This document shows, piece by piece, positions 1-13,500 of a DNA stretch of 64,000 nt; within the stretch, counting starts at the first letter, position 1, and each line of letters starts with the position of its first letter. This stretch comes from Trichoplax adhaerens. Lineage: Eukaryota > Animalia > Placozoa. The notes under the pieces were generated by a model, which was given only the letters and a program-made list of their open reading frames with translations, was not told the origin of the DNA and did not search any database. Where the stretch lies: assembly GCF_000150275.1 (NCBI RefSeq), contig NW_002060954.1:1860001-1924000 (forward strand), given 5' to 3'. A program made the position numbers and the translations under genes.

Positions 1-643
1 TACAACTTCAATCTGCATATTACTCCTATCTTCAGTCATACAGGGTTTTGATCTAGATACATTTCTTGAAGAATTAGACAACTTCCTGGGATATAGTAAA
101 TTGCTAAATTAGATACGTTATCAATAAATACGATCTATGTATTACTGAATTTTCAGTTACAAAGCATCGGATTTAAAAGCAAAGTACTAAAAATTAGATT
201 TTTCTATGATAACTATTGAACTAAAGATATAATTAAAAATGACTCGGCTTGTCTTTACCGGACTTTTAGTTTTGAAGCATCTGACTTATATACCAGTTAC
301 AGAATTAGATATTTCCTATATCTATTAGCCTCAAATTAGATCGATATATCACCACATCTTTAATCATGTTTGACTACGTGCTAAATCTTTAAAATTAGAT
401 GCCTTATACATTGACCTTTACACCTAAATATCTTATATACTGTACTAAAGAGTTAATAAATATTTTGAAGTAGGCTCAACTTGTATTCATTATTACCGTA
501 CATTTTTAATTATATCAGTATATCATCTCCTAAAATTTATCGGATATACCTTACAGTAGATTCTTATGTAGATTCTTAGGTAAAAAATAAATAAATTATG
601 AATAAGATACTGATAACCATTAACTTGATCTGCATATGAAAAG

Positions 644-2760
644 ATTTTCATCGTGGATCCGTTACTAGTATCGCCTTCCATCCGGATAATTCAAGGATTT
701 GCACGACATCATCAGATATGACAGCAAGAATATGGGATTTTAACTCTACATCAACAACAGCTCAATTAAGGTTAAGATAATAGCAGCAAATTGTTCTTAG
801 AGCTATTCTAGAATATTAGTGTTTGTTGTTAATTACAATCAAAATGCAGCTGGAAACTGAATTTGTCTTATTAACAGTAAAATAAATTTTCTCGTAAATT
901 AGTGGGCACAAAAATATTGTTAGCTGCTGTGCGTTCTCCAACAATGGACGCATGTTATGTACTGGCTCTTGGGATAAATCTCTGCATCTTTGGGATATTG
1001 CCACTGGTTCATATAGGTATTAATAGTTCAGATTAAGCAATAAATATTCTCGATAATTGTATCTGGTTCTATCAAGACCTTAACCTCGCGTCTGTTCTAG
1101 ACGTACTGGACCGAAAACTATTGAGAGAGGCCATGAAGGATCAATTAGTTCATGCTGTTATTCGCCCGATGGTTAGTTGTCATGTAAATTCTGTATACTG
1201 ATACCTATATACCCATATAGCTTCGAAATTTGTAGCTTTGTCAACAGATAGTCGTAAATAACTTTAAAATTCAATACTATATGTTATTGCGCTTATATGA
1301 TTACTTAATAGATTAGTGCTATCGTCTTTACTTCGTATCAACAGAAGAAATGTACACTCATTCAACCAAAGAAACCTAGCAAATTGTCAAATCTATCAAT
1401 TCTCGATTTATATCAAATATTTAGATACTATGCTAGCCTCAGCTTCTTACGATCAAAATGTCATTATCTGGGATACTAAGTATAACTTACAGAAATTCAG
1501 CTTAAAGGTAAAAATGGTGAAAATAATCTTTATTCTAAAGGGAATATCATTCTAGTTCTAAAGCTATAACGAAAATTTCTTACGTGCATTCAGGGTCATA
1601 ATGGCTGGGTAAACGATGTATGTTTTAGTCAAGATCAAAAGTGGGCACTAACGTGTTCATCGGTAAGTACAAGGAAGGAAATCTTGAAAAACTGACATCA
1701 ATTATTAGGAGATATTGCATATTACAGTTAAATTTGTTACTTTTAAAGAGTAATACAACTTAAATTGCGATTAGGATATGACTATAAGAATGTGGAATAT
1801 TGAATCTGAGGAGAAGATGCCTATATTTTTGGCCAACAAGATTAGTCTTGGTTTAAAGCTTATTGAGGTAATTTATGACCGTTTCAGCTAATATTTTATC
1901 CTTTACATGACTCCAACACATTACGTATGCCTTTATAAATTTTGCAGTACATATGTGTAAGTATCGATTGAATCTTTAAAACAGTTCTTCTAGTTTTCGC
2001 AACCTCGCTAACACGACCATCGTCACTTACGCAACTTAGAGTAAATATGTACTATAACTAAAATTTTATTGCATTTTGGATATCTGCAAATATTATCGAT
2101 ATGATGGCGTAGCAATAGCTAAATGCTTACACAAACTATGACGTGTAGAGATTAAAACAGTAATAATGTCGACAGCATTATTGTAGCGGCAGTATCTAAT
2201 AGAAATAGTAAGGTCTTGATATAGTAGTTTACTCGCAGATAAACTCTGGAGGCCTTTTTATAAGCACGTTTTATTTAGTTTCAAAATACTTTCATTAATA
2301 ATAAAAATGATATAATTACTACCATACATTAACAAACAGCATTTTAATATCACAGGTAGTAGAATTTTACCTATACTTTTAGTGATTTATTTAAATAATT
2401 TATAGCAGTGATACAATAACAACTAAAATAAGTACCTGACTTTAGCATCGCAAATCGTAAAACTCTACTTTGTTTTATGATTCTAATAATTTATAGGTTA
2501 CAATAAGACGATATATTAATAACTGATTAGAGAGTAACAAGTAATAGAGCATTACATATTAACTTAAGATTTACTTCCATCTATTAATAAAGATTTAATT
2601 AATCATAAAACTCCAATTCTATCTTTGTTCTTAGTGTACTCAATGCGGCAAGAAATTTTCGATTACGGAAGCTGGAGATGATTTATCGCTGACTCGATGT
2701 GTATTCTGCCGATTAAAAGATCGATCGAAAGTTTTAAATATAACAACAGAAATTGAATAA
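644..2760 (+). CDS. WDR88: WD40-repeat protein WDR88, 3' part (5' exons lie before the window)
   Basis: AG/GT-bounded exons ~644-770, 903-1016, 1101-1171, 1425-1508, 1594-1662, 1775-1867, 2635-2760 splice in frame. They give WD repeats ([18 protein letters not shown]; [18 protein letters not shown]; GHEGSISSC; GHNGWVNDV..) and a C-terminal [16 protein letters not shown] zinc-finger-like tail that matches my recollection of the WDR88 C-terminus. TAA ends at 2760. Confidence 0.85.
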
Positions 2761-4479
2761 AACGGAGCACATTGGATATAAGGCTGAGGTAAATACCCAA
2801 GCTATGAGAAGATTGGCTTACTAATTCAACGTTAACAACTTTTCTTAAAATCATAACGTTTCAGCGTGTGAAATTGAATTATTAATTTATTTTTAATAGT
2901 GGATTATAATCAAAATTTTATTATCACTTTAAATATTATACATACTCGACGGTGCATTATCTTCGATCCATCTCGTTATTTCGGACATGATTCGATGTTA
3001 ATTTCTGTCTGTTATTAAACAGATATCCAGACAATCTAATTCGTTGTCATTTAGCAATAATATGCGCGCTTGCCGATTTTGCAATATCTCAAGATAATAA
3101 TTTAGTGAAAAGACAGATCAAATTGATTTATAGGCTTTTTTGTTTAATTAAAATCCTTTATAAAGGAGCAAATACCAAATTTTGTATATAATTAATTCTA
3201 CGGAATATATGGTTACAATTGCGTAGCTAGCATTATTTTACTACTGAATGTATATAATCACTCTCAGGATAAGAAATTATGGATGGTTTTGTCTCATGGT
3301 AATAAAATTTATTTAATTCCATATTGATAGGAGGCTACTTTGTCGAATAAAAATTAAAAATTTAACTCTATGACCACCTTGTTATTGTAATACACCTAGT
3401 AGGAATAATTTAGTCGTCAGTAGTCATAAGTAAAGGTTAGTCGAATACCATCAGTCGTAATATTTGTAACACCGAAAATAGATGAAAATATTGCTGGTAT
3501 GGATTGATTACATATATATATACCTATATACAACAGTACTTGCAGTGCCTGATAAAGTATCTTCGATCATAAACCTGAGTGCTATTTGTGATGGAAAAGG
3601 TTGCTATTACGAGCTAGTACAAGATCAGTTATCTAATGAAATGAATAGTAAAGTCTTTTAAGCGCTCATAATGATAGATTCAGGAACCTACTGCCCACTA
3701 TCATTAAAAATTAAAATTATTCCCAACTACTGAAGAAACGGAGTAACTTCCTCATGTTCTCATTCTCTATTTTTGTATCAAGTTTAGTCGTTAAAAGTTG
3801 ACTACAAGTAGATATATATGAGACTTTATTATAATTGCTTGCTTCATTGAATATTTTGTAATTAATTTAATAATACAGGGTAGCTAGCGAAATTATCATT
3901 TTGAACACGTTATTATAACTTATCACAAACTATATAAGGCTGTATTAAAATGATAGCAAACTAAATTTGAATATACAATTGCTAGAGAAGTAATATACTA
4001 TTAAAATAAGTATATTCATAAGTACATTGAGAGTAGAATTACGAAGGTTATAATATAATTAGAATATTATATCTTAAGCTGGTCTGCATGTTTGTCATAC
4101 TTTGTTTCTGATATACAGTAATAATTCTATTCTATTTTCTTTTTATTATGCTAATATTATGCCAATTATAGACTAGTTGAATAGAGAAGGCATTCTTCTG
4201 ATCGATAATTAGAAATTTGCAAGGCAAATGAGATAAATTACCAGCGTGATATGTTCAGAACATCAGGCTACAGCTAATATTGAATTATAATACATATTGG
4301 TCAAGTATAGTCGATAATAAATTTGGAAGACCTGAACTACTTAGCTAACATATGCGGAAGTTATTTTCGGCTCCAACCACGATTTTCGCTTTACTCATAT
4401 TAGCTACTAGATTGAATAATTTATTTTCCGAGATTTTATTCGATCTTGAATTTACTAATTTTAATTCAGAATTGAAAAC

Positions 4480-7400
4480 ATGGCCAACCTAGAGGTATCT
4501 ATCACGCATCTTCCTCAACCAATACATACTTTATTTATGAAAGGTAAAGAAAGTCGCAAATCTGGCAATCTTAAGGAAGCGATGTTTTATTATGCACAAG
4601 TCTTAGATAGGATACAAGCAATATCAGAAAATACTGTTGATCTTGATCGATTTCGAAGTGAGGTTTACCTAGATATCAGTGCTATATATTGGCAGCAGTG
4701 TAAATGGAAGAAAGCTGAAGAATTTAATGAAAATGCACTTAAAATAGCTGAAAAGCTGGAAGAAAAAGAGATATTTGTCAAATGTTTAGGAAGAAAAGGT
4801 GACATTAAATGGCAACAAAGTGACTATGATGGGGCACTGGTTAATTATACCAAGCTATTAAAGATATATCTAAGTTTAGAGAAGAAGGATACCGATATCG
4901 CAAATTTGTATCAGGACATAGGACATGTTCATTTTGCACAAGGTAGACTCAACGAGGCCTTGACACAGTATGAAAAATCGCTTAAAATTCAATTGTCAGT
5001 GCTTGACCACAATCATCCCGATATTGCCAGATCATATAACTATATAGGGGAGGTATATTGCGATCAGGGAAAGTACGAAAAAGCAATTGATGTGCATGAT
5101 AAATCACTCAAGATTCGATTATCAGTCCTTGATCAGAATCATATCAATGTTGCTGAATCTTATAACAATAAGGGAAATGTATATTTCAAACTGGGAAAGT
5201 ACGATGATGCTCTATCTATTTACGAGAAAGGGCTCAAAATTCAGTTAAAAGTTTTTGGTGACAATCATTTCGATGTTGCCAACTCATATAGCAATATAGG
5301 AATTGTCTATGCTGCTCAAGGCAATCTTGAAAAGGCTATTCCTTTGTATAAAAAGTCGCTCGAAATTCGGTTATCAGTCTTCGGTGACAGTCATGCTGAT
5401 GTTGCTACATCATATAATCATCTGGGAAATGCCTATTCTCAGCAAGCCAAGTACAAAGAAGCTATTGATATGTATAAGAAATCACTCAAAATTCGATTAA
5501 AGATTTTTGGTCCCAATCATCTTTCTGTTGCCAACTGTTATAATTACATAGGAAATGCCTATTACTTTCAGGGCGAGTATGAAGAAGCTTTATCTATGTA
5601 TGACAAATCTCGTAAAATTAAATTATTAGTTCTTGATCACAATCATCCCGAGGTTGCGGACTTATGTGATAATATCGGACTTATCTATCGTGAACAAGGT
5701 GAACTTGAAGAAAGTATTCTTACGCATAAGAAATGTCTTAAAATGCGATTATCGGTCCTTGGTTCCAATCATCCTGATATTGGTAAATCGTACAACAACA
5801 TCGGCTCTGTCTATTTTTGTCAAGGTAAATATGATGAGGCTATTTCTAACTTCAAGGAGTCTCTCAAAATTCTATTATCGGTCTTGGGTGATAGTCATCA
5901 TCTTGTTGGTAATTTATATAACAATATAGGAAATGTCTATGATAAACAGGCTAAATATGAAGAGGCCATTTCTATGTATAAGAAATCACTCAAAATTCGA
6001 TTGTCGACTCTTGGTTGCAAGCATCCTTTTGTTGCTGGGTCATATGGGAATCTAGGAAATTGTTATTCTCAGCAGGGTAGACACGAAGACGCTATTTCTA
6101 TGTATCAGAAATCACTCGACATTCAATCACATATCCTTGGTAGTAGTCATCCCGGCGTTGCCAAGTTGTACGCCAACCTAGGAAATGTCTATAGCAGTCT
6201 GGGCAAGTATAAAGAAGCTCTTTCTATGTATAATGATTCGCTCAAAATTCAATTATCAGTCCTTGGTCATAATCATCCTGGTGTTGCTACATTACATGAC
6301 TGTCTGGGAACAGTTTATTCTAAGCAGGGAAATCATGAGGAGGCTCTTTCTGCGTACAATAAGTCACTCAAAATTCGGTTGTCAGCCTTTGGACATAATC
6401 ACCCCGATATTGCCGCTTTATATATCAACATGGGCAATGTCTATAGAAATCAAGGCAAACGTGAAGAGGCTATTTGTATGTATAAGAAAGTAATCGAAAT
6501 GCAATCATCAGTTCTTGATCAAAACAATCTCCTTACAGCCGAAGCACTTACCAATCTGGGAATTGTCTATACTGATCAAGGCAATCATTCAGAGGCTGCT
6601 TGTGCTTTTGAGAAGTCGCTCACAATTACACAATCAGCCCTTGGTCATTATCATCCTGATGTTGCTATAATATATGACAATTTTGGAACTCTCTATGGGT
6701 GTGAAGGTAAGTATATCGATGCTCTTTCCATGTACGAGAAGTCAGAAGAAATTAAATTATCAAGTCTTGGACGTGATCATCCCGATTTGGCCAAATTATA
6801 TAACAACATGGGCGTTGTTTATAGGGATCAGGGTAGTTACGAAGAGGCTTTTTCTAAATTTAACGAATCACTTAATATTCAATTGGCAGTCTTTGGTAAC
6901 AATCATCCCGATGTTGCTACTTCATACAGTAATCTAGGAACTCTTTTTAATTACCAGGCAAAGTACAAAAAGGCCATTTCTATGCATAAAAAGTCACTTG
7001 AAATCAATTTATCTATCTCTAATCACGATATCTCACAGATTGCAGCCTCTTATAGCGCTCTAGGAAATGATTACTCTAAACTGGCTAATTATCATGAGGC
7101 TCTTTCTATGTATAAGAAATCGCAAAAGCTACTGTCAGTTTTTAATCATAATCATCCCAGTGTTGCTAAATTATATCTCGATATGGGAACTGTCTATAGT
7201 AATCAGGGTAAGTATGACGAGGCTTTAGCTATGTTTCAAAAGTCCCTTAAATTATCGTTAGCCCTCGACTACAATCATTCCAGTATTGGCAGCTCATATG
7301 GCCAGCTAGGAAAAGTTTATCATCAGCAAGGCAAGTATGAAGAGGCTATTACTATGCATAAAAAGTCACTCGAAATTGAATCATCAGTCCTTGATCATAA

Positions 7401-8286
7401 TCACGGCAATACGGATATTGCTGCATCATTTGGAAACTTAGGAAGTGTCTATTTACAGCTAGGCAATTATGAAAAGGCTCTTTCTTTGTATGAAAGGTCA
7501 CTCAGTATTCACTTATCGGTTTTTGGTTGTAATCACCCCGATGTTGCCAAATCGTATATCAACATAGGAAATGTTTATAAGCTTCAGATCAAGTATGCAA
7601 AGGCTATCGATATGTACGAGAAGTCACTCAAAATTCAATCATCAGTCTTTGAAATGGATCATCCCGATCTTGTTCTGTCATATAGCAATCTAGGATCTGT
7701 CTATCATAATCAAGGCGAGCAAGATAAAGCTATTTGTATGTACCAGAAATCACTTAAAATTCAGTTGGCAGTTTTAGATCATAATCATCCCGATATCGCC
7801 AAATCATATGACTGCATCGGAAATAGCTATAGAATTCAGGGCAAGTATGACGACGCCCTTTCTTCATGCGAAAAATCCTATAGAATTCGGTTGTCAGTTC
7901 TTGATCATAGTCATCCCGATCTTGCAACATCATATTACAGCCTCGGAATGGTATATGATGATCAGGGCAAGTATGAGGAAGCTCTTAAAAAGTTTAACAA
8001 GTCACTTCAAATTAGGCTATCAATTTTGAAGGAAGATCATCCTGATATTGCAATATTATATTATAGCATAGGAAAGGTGTATGAAAACCAGTGCAAGCAT
8101 AAGGATGCTCACGCTATGTATGAAAAGTTGTTTCAAAATATGCTATCAGTTTTAGATCAAAATAATTTCGATGTTGCGAAATTATATCACGCTATAGTAA
8201 AGATGCATGATGATCCGGGCAAGCATGAGAAAGCTCTTGCTATGTGCAAGAAATGGCGTGTAATTAAATCGCTTGATTTTTCTTAA
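4480..8286 (+). CDS. Single-exon tetratricopeptide-repeat protein, ~27-28 tandem 42-aa repeats (kinesin-light-chain/nephrocystin-3-like TPR class)
   Basis: 1268-aa uninterrupted ORF. Unit consensus is LG.NHPDVA.SY.NLG.VY..QGKYEEA.SMY.KSLKI.LSV with a 126-bp DNA period. No other domain is recognisable. Confidence 0.93.
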   Translation: MANLEVSITHLPQPIHTLFMKGKESRKSGNLKEAMFYYAQVLDRIQAISENTVDLDRFRSEVYLDISAIYWQQCKWKKAEEFNENALKIAEKLEEKEIFVKCLGRKGDIKWQQSDYDGALVNYTKLLKIYLSLEKKDTDIANLYQDIGHVHFAQGRLNEALTQYEKSLKIQLSVLDHNHPDIARSYNYIGEVYCDQGKYEKAIDVHDKSLKIRLSVLDQNHINVAESYNNKGNVYFKLGKYDDALSIYEKGLKIQLKVFGDNHFDVANSYSNIGIVYAAQGNLEKAIPLYKKSLEIRLSVFGDSHADVATSYNHLGNAYSQQAKYKEAIDMYKKSLKIRLKIFGPNHLSVANCYNYIGNAYYFQGEYEEALSMYDKSRKIKLLVLDHNHPEVADLCDNIGLIYREQGELEESILTHKKCLKMRLSVLGSNHPDIGKSYNNIGSVYFCQGKYDEAISNFKESLKILLSVLGDSHHLVGNLYNNIGNVYDKQAKYEEAISMYKKSLKIRLSTLGCKHPFVAGSYGNLGNCYSQQGRHEDAISMYQKSLDIQSHILGSSHPGVAKLYANLGNVYSSLGKYKEALSMYNDSLKIQLSVLGHNHPGVATLHDCLGTVYSKQGNHEEALSAYNKSLKIRLSAFGHNHPDIAALYINMGNVYRNQGKREEAICMYKKVIEMQSSVLDQNNLLTAEALTNLGIVYTDQGNHSEAACAFEKSLTITQSALGHYHPDVAIIYDNFGTLYGCEGKYIDALSMYEKSEEIKLSSLGRDHPDLAKLYNNMGVVYRDQGSYEEAFSKFNESLNIQLAVFGNNHPDVATSYSNLGTLFNYQAKYKKAISMHKKSLEINLSISNHDISQIAASYSALGNDYSKLANYHEALSMYKKSQKLLSVFNHNHPSVAKLYLDMGTVYSNQGKYDEALAMFQKSLKLSLALDYNHSSIGSSYGQLGKVYHQQGKYEEAITMHKKSLEIESSVLDHNHGNTDIAASFGNLGSVYLQLGNYEKALSLYERSLSIHLSVFGCNHPDVAKSYINIGNVYKLQIKYAKAIDMYEKSLKIQSSVFEMDHPDLVLSYSNLGSVYHNQGEQDKAICMYQKSLKIQLAVLDHNHPDIAKSYDCIGNSYRIQGKYDDALSSCEKSYRIRLSVLDHSHPDLATSYYSLGMVYDDQGKYEEALKKFNKSLQIRLSILKEDHPDIAILYYSIGKVYENQCKHKDAHAMYEKLFQNMLSVLDQNNFDVAKLYHAIVKMHDDPGKHEKALAMCKKWRVIKSLDFS

Positions 8287-8294
8287 TGTTGTTT

Positions 8295-8395
8295 AATCAT
8301 AGCAATATGAGAACCATCTATAGAACTCTCATCATGGCAAGTATGAAGAATCTCGTTCTATGTGTGAGAAGCAACCTAATATTCAAATATATTAG
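8295..8395 (+). pseudogene. Decayed, frameshifted TPR unit downstream of the stop codon
   Basis: 8301-8321 reads SNMRTIY (cf. SNLGTVY). In another frame 8330-8395 reads HHGKYEESRSMCEKQPNIQIY* (cf. QGKYEEAISMYEKSLKIQL). Confidence 0.65.
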
Positions 8396-10563
8396 CATTC
8401 CTGTCATACTTATATGTTCAAAGTTTAATATAACATTTTGTTTAAGTTTACTATACATTAGCAATATTTTAGGTTTATTCACAATAAGTACGCGTATGGT
8501 TCGAATCGGCAGTTGAGCTGGTAAGAGCTAGTAGTCGAGAAAAGATAATATTGTGGATATACAAATTTATAACGACCGTTATAAGATTGATAGCTATCAA
8601 ATAACAAGTGTGCACAACTGCACATGTACCATATTGTGCTATGCTTTTAGTTTATGGTTAATGAAGTTAGGAATTGCTGTAAGATACGGAAGTAGTCTTA
8701 AATATGGATAGAAGTAAAAATTACAGTATTACTACTATATGGACTTTATCGTTTGGGTAATTGTACCACTTTCACATAAATATCTTGAAATTGTTAAATC
8801 ATATTTGAGAATCAGATACATTTATTGTACACAAGCAAATTATCACAGAAAATCTTTGGATTCGTTCTAGTATTGATAGACATCAAATTTTGTAAAACTT
8901 AAATTAAATATATATCAAACGAGAATAAACTTACATATTAACCTAATCCATACGAAGCTACAATTAATGTAGATTTACTTACTGCGCATAAGGTGTTTGG
9001 AATTTAATGTTTGATGTTGTCTCCAAGATAATTCCAGAAAAAGGAAGGTTTATTTTATTGTAAGAAAGTTATCCACTGATGGTCACAGGATGAATGTAAA
9101 TTTTTTGACAGAATTTTATCAAAAAATTCGATGTTATTTACGCTATTCAAGCAGATATTGAAAATATTATCAAGATTAAATCTTTAGTAATAAAATCATG
9201 TACCGAGTAGATCCCGTTCTGCAACGCTTGAAAACGTATATAATAATCAATAAAAATTTTTACAACTTATTAATGCGATGCGAGGATTGAAATTTGTGAC
9301 ACTTACGAGTATAACTTGAATGCAGTCCTGATGCAAGTCTCTAATTGAACTAAATGTTCTTTAGTTCGATCTAACTATCATTCCGTAAGATGCTACGAAA
9401 CGATTTGATCTGATTATATTAATTATAAACCCATCTAAACTACAAGTTCAATTAAATGACTCTAGAAAATTATACAGTATATAGAGAGCGAATTTAAAAT
9501 CGGTAGCTTTCAGTTTAATTTCTATATTGGTAATGTATAACTTATCTGGCTGCAAGAATAATTACTAAAAGTACTCGTAGAATCATAAATAATGACCTCT
9601 ATCCGTTTTAATGTTTTCATTGTAGACAGAAATTCTTAATTGCAAAGCCAGGGATGATTTATCACTGATTTAATGTCTTTTGTAGAGTATGGGACTGATC
9701 AAAATTTAGATGTAACGGCAATAATAGAATAAAATGGATCAGATAGACCTGAAAGTAAGGATAAAGTCGGCCTACTAACTCACAGGATGGTAAAAATACA
9801 ACATTGGGAAATTTCTTTTTCGATCATTAAATTGGCATAAACCCATTTAAAATTTTGTATTGAATTTATTTATCAATTCATTGATTAAATTATAATCAAA
9901 ATTGCTTACTAATTGAATACGTAGGCGTTTAATTAATTATAACCTATGATCTATTGTACCTGATAACTTCAGACATAAACGGACATAATCCTTGCCTACT
10001 GTCATTATTATATAAAGACAATCTAAATCATTATTTTCTGCAAATAGAATGTAGTATTTTTGATACAGGAAAGTAATATTAATTCCTTTTAGAAGAAATG
10101 TTGATTTATAATCATTTTTACATGTAATCTTCCACAAGGGAACAAATCAGAAACTACTGTATGCAAGGCTATTTATTATTTAGTAGCTTCAGTCTTAATC
10201 ACTGAATAATTGTAATTGATTAATGAAGGGTAGAAAACTTCCAAGAAAAGTATCATTTACGACTATAACTATCTAATTTCAGATTACTTGACAATTATGC
10301 AATCTAACAAAAATAGGTAAAATATAAAAACAAAACGTAGCGATTGCAATTAATTTAATCGCTGGCAGCTTAATAGTTAAATATAAGTTAGATATCGCCA
10401 AGTATTAAAATTTAATTCTTAATTAATAACTAAACCAACAGTAATTTTAAGAAACGGTGTAATTCGGTTGCAATAGTATAAAAGAGAAGAGAGTACAATC
10501 AAGAATGGAGTACATAAAATTTTTAAAACTTCATTTCAGCAATGGCGTCATTAGTTTGTTGAT

Positions 10564-13500
10564 TTACTTGATATCACATAATAGTGCAACACCACGTAAT
10601 ATCCAGTGCTCGGGAACTTGATTAGTTTTCAAATCGACCGATGCAATATAAGTTAAATCAGTTCGTTTTGGCTTTTTATAAATTGGGCATTCATAAATAC
10701 GATTATCTCGTTGAACTGCTGTATTACTAGCATAGATATGGATGACAGGCAAAGGTGTATATAAAACTTTAGCTGGTGGCTCTACTAATTTACAACCGCG
10801 ACGATCCCAACCAGATCCTTCTAAGTACAAGCCATAGACATAGACACCTTCCGATGGAGCAGAATTCACATCGTCCTTATAATGTTTGGTAACATCGTTT
10901 TGTAGTGTAACATTATCTAATGCCCATCCCTTGTGTGCACGAGTAACTTCTTGCCTCATAGCAGTTAGGAAACCTTGGGGATTAAAAAATCCAGTCATCC
11001 AAAATGCATTAGGACGACCATCAAAGCACCATGTATGAAATTGTTGATTGCGCTCTAATAATTCGGTAAACCAAAATCCTAATGTTGATGATTCCCAGGA
11101 GATTTTCTTCCATAATGTGGGAACTCGTGCATCATACATATTATCCAAAGCATTTCGTAAATTTTCACTCATTATAATGGTACCATCGATGGCTAATTTT
11201 AAATCGTTTAAGGTTTGGCGAACGATAGCAATAACACGCTGCATACGATCAATTTCTTGGCGTAAGAAAATATTCATGGGTGATAATGGGCCCATAATTT
11301 GAATTCGTTCTTTAACTTCATGAGGTATATAGTCTTTAGGCAATTTCTCTAGCATATCATCAGCTAAACGATAAACAACACTTTCTCGTGTTTCACCTCC
11401 TCCAGTTGCACTATCTTTAGGCTGAATACTTAAAATTGTACTTAAAACACCTTGTGCCATGTTACTCTGATAGGTTATATCAGCATTAGGATGCAACCCA
11501 AATACTTCTGGTGTATCGACTAATGGAATAGTATCGATAAATTCCATATATTGCGATATGGTATTACTTTTAGGGATAGCATAACCTTTATAGAAAGTAA
11601 ATGACGAGCTAAACATGGTATCATTAAACCATACTTTGCCAAAAGTATTCAATAAGCGCTTATCGTAGTCATCTGTTACACGTCCACCATAATGAACTTC
11701 GCCAATCATATAACGGATGGTATTCCATGAAACACCTTTCTTAATATCCATGTCATCTAGATGATTTTGTACAAATTGGATGGTTGATGTGAAATCAGCC
11801 TGATTGAATTCATAAGGTATATTCCAGCCTAATGGGCCAAACTTTCTCCTCTCTTGGACAGTAGTGTGCAGGAATGCAATACCATACAGCATTGGTTTCC
11901 ATTGCGGCATGCTATTAATGTCTAATTGATCTTGACTAATTCCAGCATAAGTACGCTTAATGCCAGCTTTAACACCTTGGGGTGGCTCATTAGTAAATCG
12001 GATTGATATTTGCAACAGACCAATTGGAAAACTTGGATGAACTTCAGTAGTCATCCATAATCGGAAAGAATCATGTAAAGATTCGGTATCAATCATTATA
12101 GTTAATAATTCTTCCATAAAATTGAGTCCTAAATGACAATTTTGCAGTAATACCCATCCACCTGATGCAATACTTTGTTGTAGTAGTCGTCGTGCATGAA
12201 TTTCTTGCCCTTGTCCCATCGATATTGCTCGACAATCTAACTTATTACGCTTAGCTAATGCTTCAATTTGTGGTGTAGGATCAGAACCAGTGGATAATAA
12301 GCATACAAGAGGTATACGAGCATCGCTTTCTTCCCACATTTGCTCTAGATCTAAGATGACCCCTTCGGCATAACGTTCACCAAGTGAGCTAGCAATATAT
12401 TTACGTGCTTGAGCAATAGTACGATCTAAACACCAAGATCTTATCAACAATAATTTCCTAAACGTATCAAGAGAGTTTTGATAGCCATCAGGCATTTGTG
12501 CTTCTTCAGGTGCATCGCTATCGAACCATATTTTCCATGCTTTCTCATTACGACTAATTTGATTTAAAATATCTGCAAATTGAGGTAGCTTACTCAATTC
12601 AACTAAATTCAACCATGTCATATCTAAGATCCATTTAGATGGTTTAGGAGGGCAAGCTTTCAAATCTAATGCAGCACCACCTTTAATTAAAGTGTGAAAT
12701 TCTTCACGTTTGATCTTGTTGTTTTGTAAATCGATTTTTAACGCCAAAAGTAGTGTAAATAAGAATTTATGACTTTCATATAAGCCACGACATGAATACT
12801 TGAATACAGCATAGGTAAGATATTCAATAATATTGCCAATACGTTTACTTGTAATAGGCGATTTAGCTGATTGGGTAATTGAAATATCAAAAATGCCAAG
12901 AAATTGACGTAGCGATGTTTGATACATACAATTAACCATTGACATTTCAACAATAAGGAAATATAAGATGCTACCACGCGTTGCAACTGGTCGAAATTCT
13001 TCACGTGCAGCATTAATTTTAACTTCTGTTTCAGCTGCAATGGCTAATTTTTGGCTTACATCTTCAGCTGTGCGTTTTGTATTGCCTAAGACAATAATAA
13101 GTGATTCATCGTCGACTAATGAGCCTTGGATACTAGTTAGACGATATAATAAATTATCCTCTAACTCTTTCATTTTACGCTTATTAGCGGTGACTTCCTC
13201 CATTAATTTACTCCTTTCAGCTTCTAACTCTTCCTTTTCTGTTAATATAACGCGCCCTAAGAGTTGGTCTTCTAGACCTTTCATGGTAACTGTAAAGTCA
13301 ATCATTGATGTTCTTGCACTTATTTCCGGTGTATAAGATGGATTAGCTAACTTGGTGGTAATATACAACTTAAATCCAGGCAAGACATCGACTTCTTTAT
13401 CGCCTACTTTCACTTTAGGAGTACTGCCAGTACGGATGAAATTTTTCTCCAAGATATTATCTAATGCTGGATCTAATTCTTCGCCAACATTCTCAATCAG

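Noticed and set aside
100-410. Recurrent AATTAGAT motif (about 5 copies)
   Set aside because: Irregular spacing in very AT-rich intron sequence; I cannot distinguish it from chance or an old decayed repeat.
5303-8029. Alternate-frame ORFs inside the TPR gene
   Set aside because: Shadows of the 126-bp repeat; short, with non-ATG starts in the sequence.
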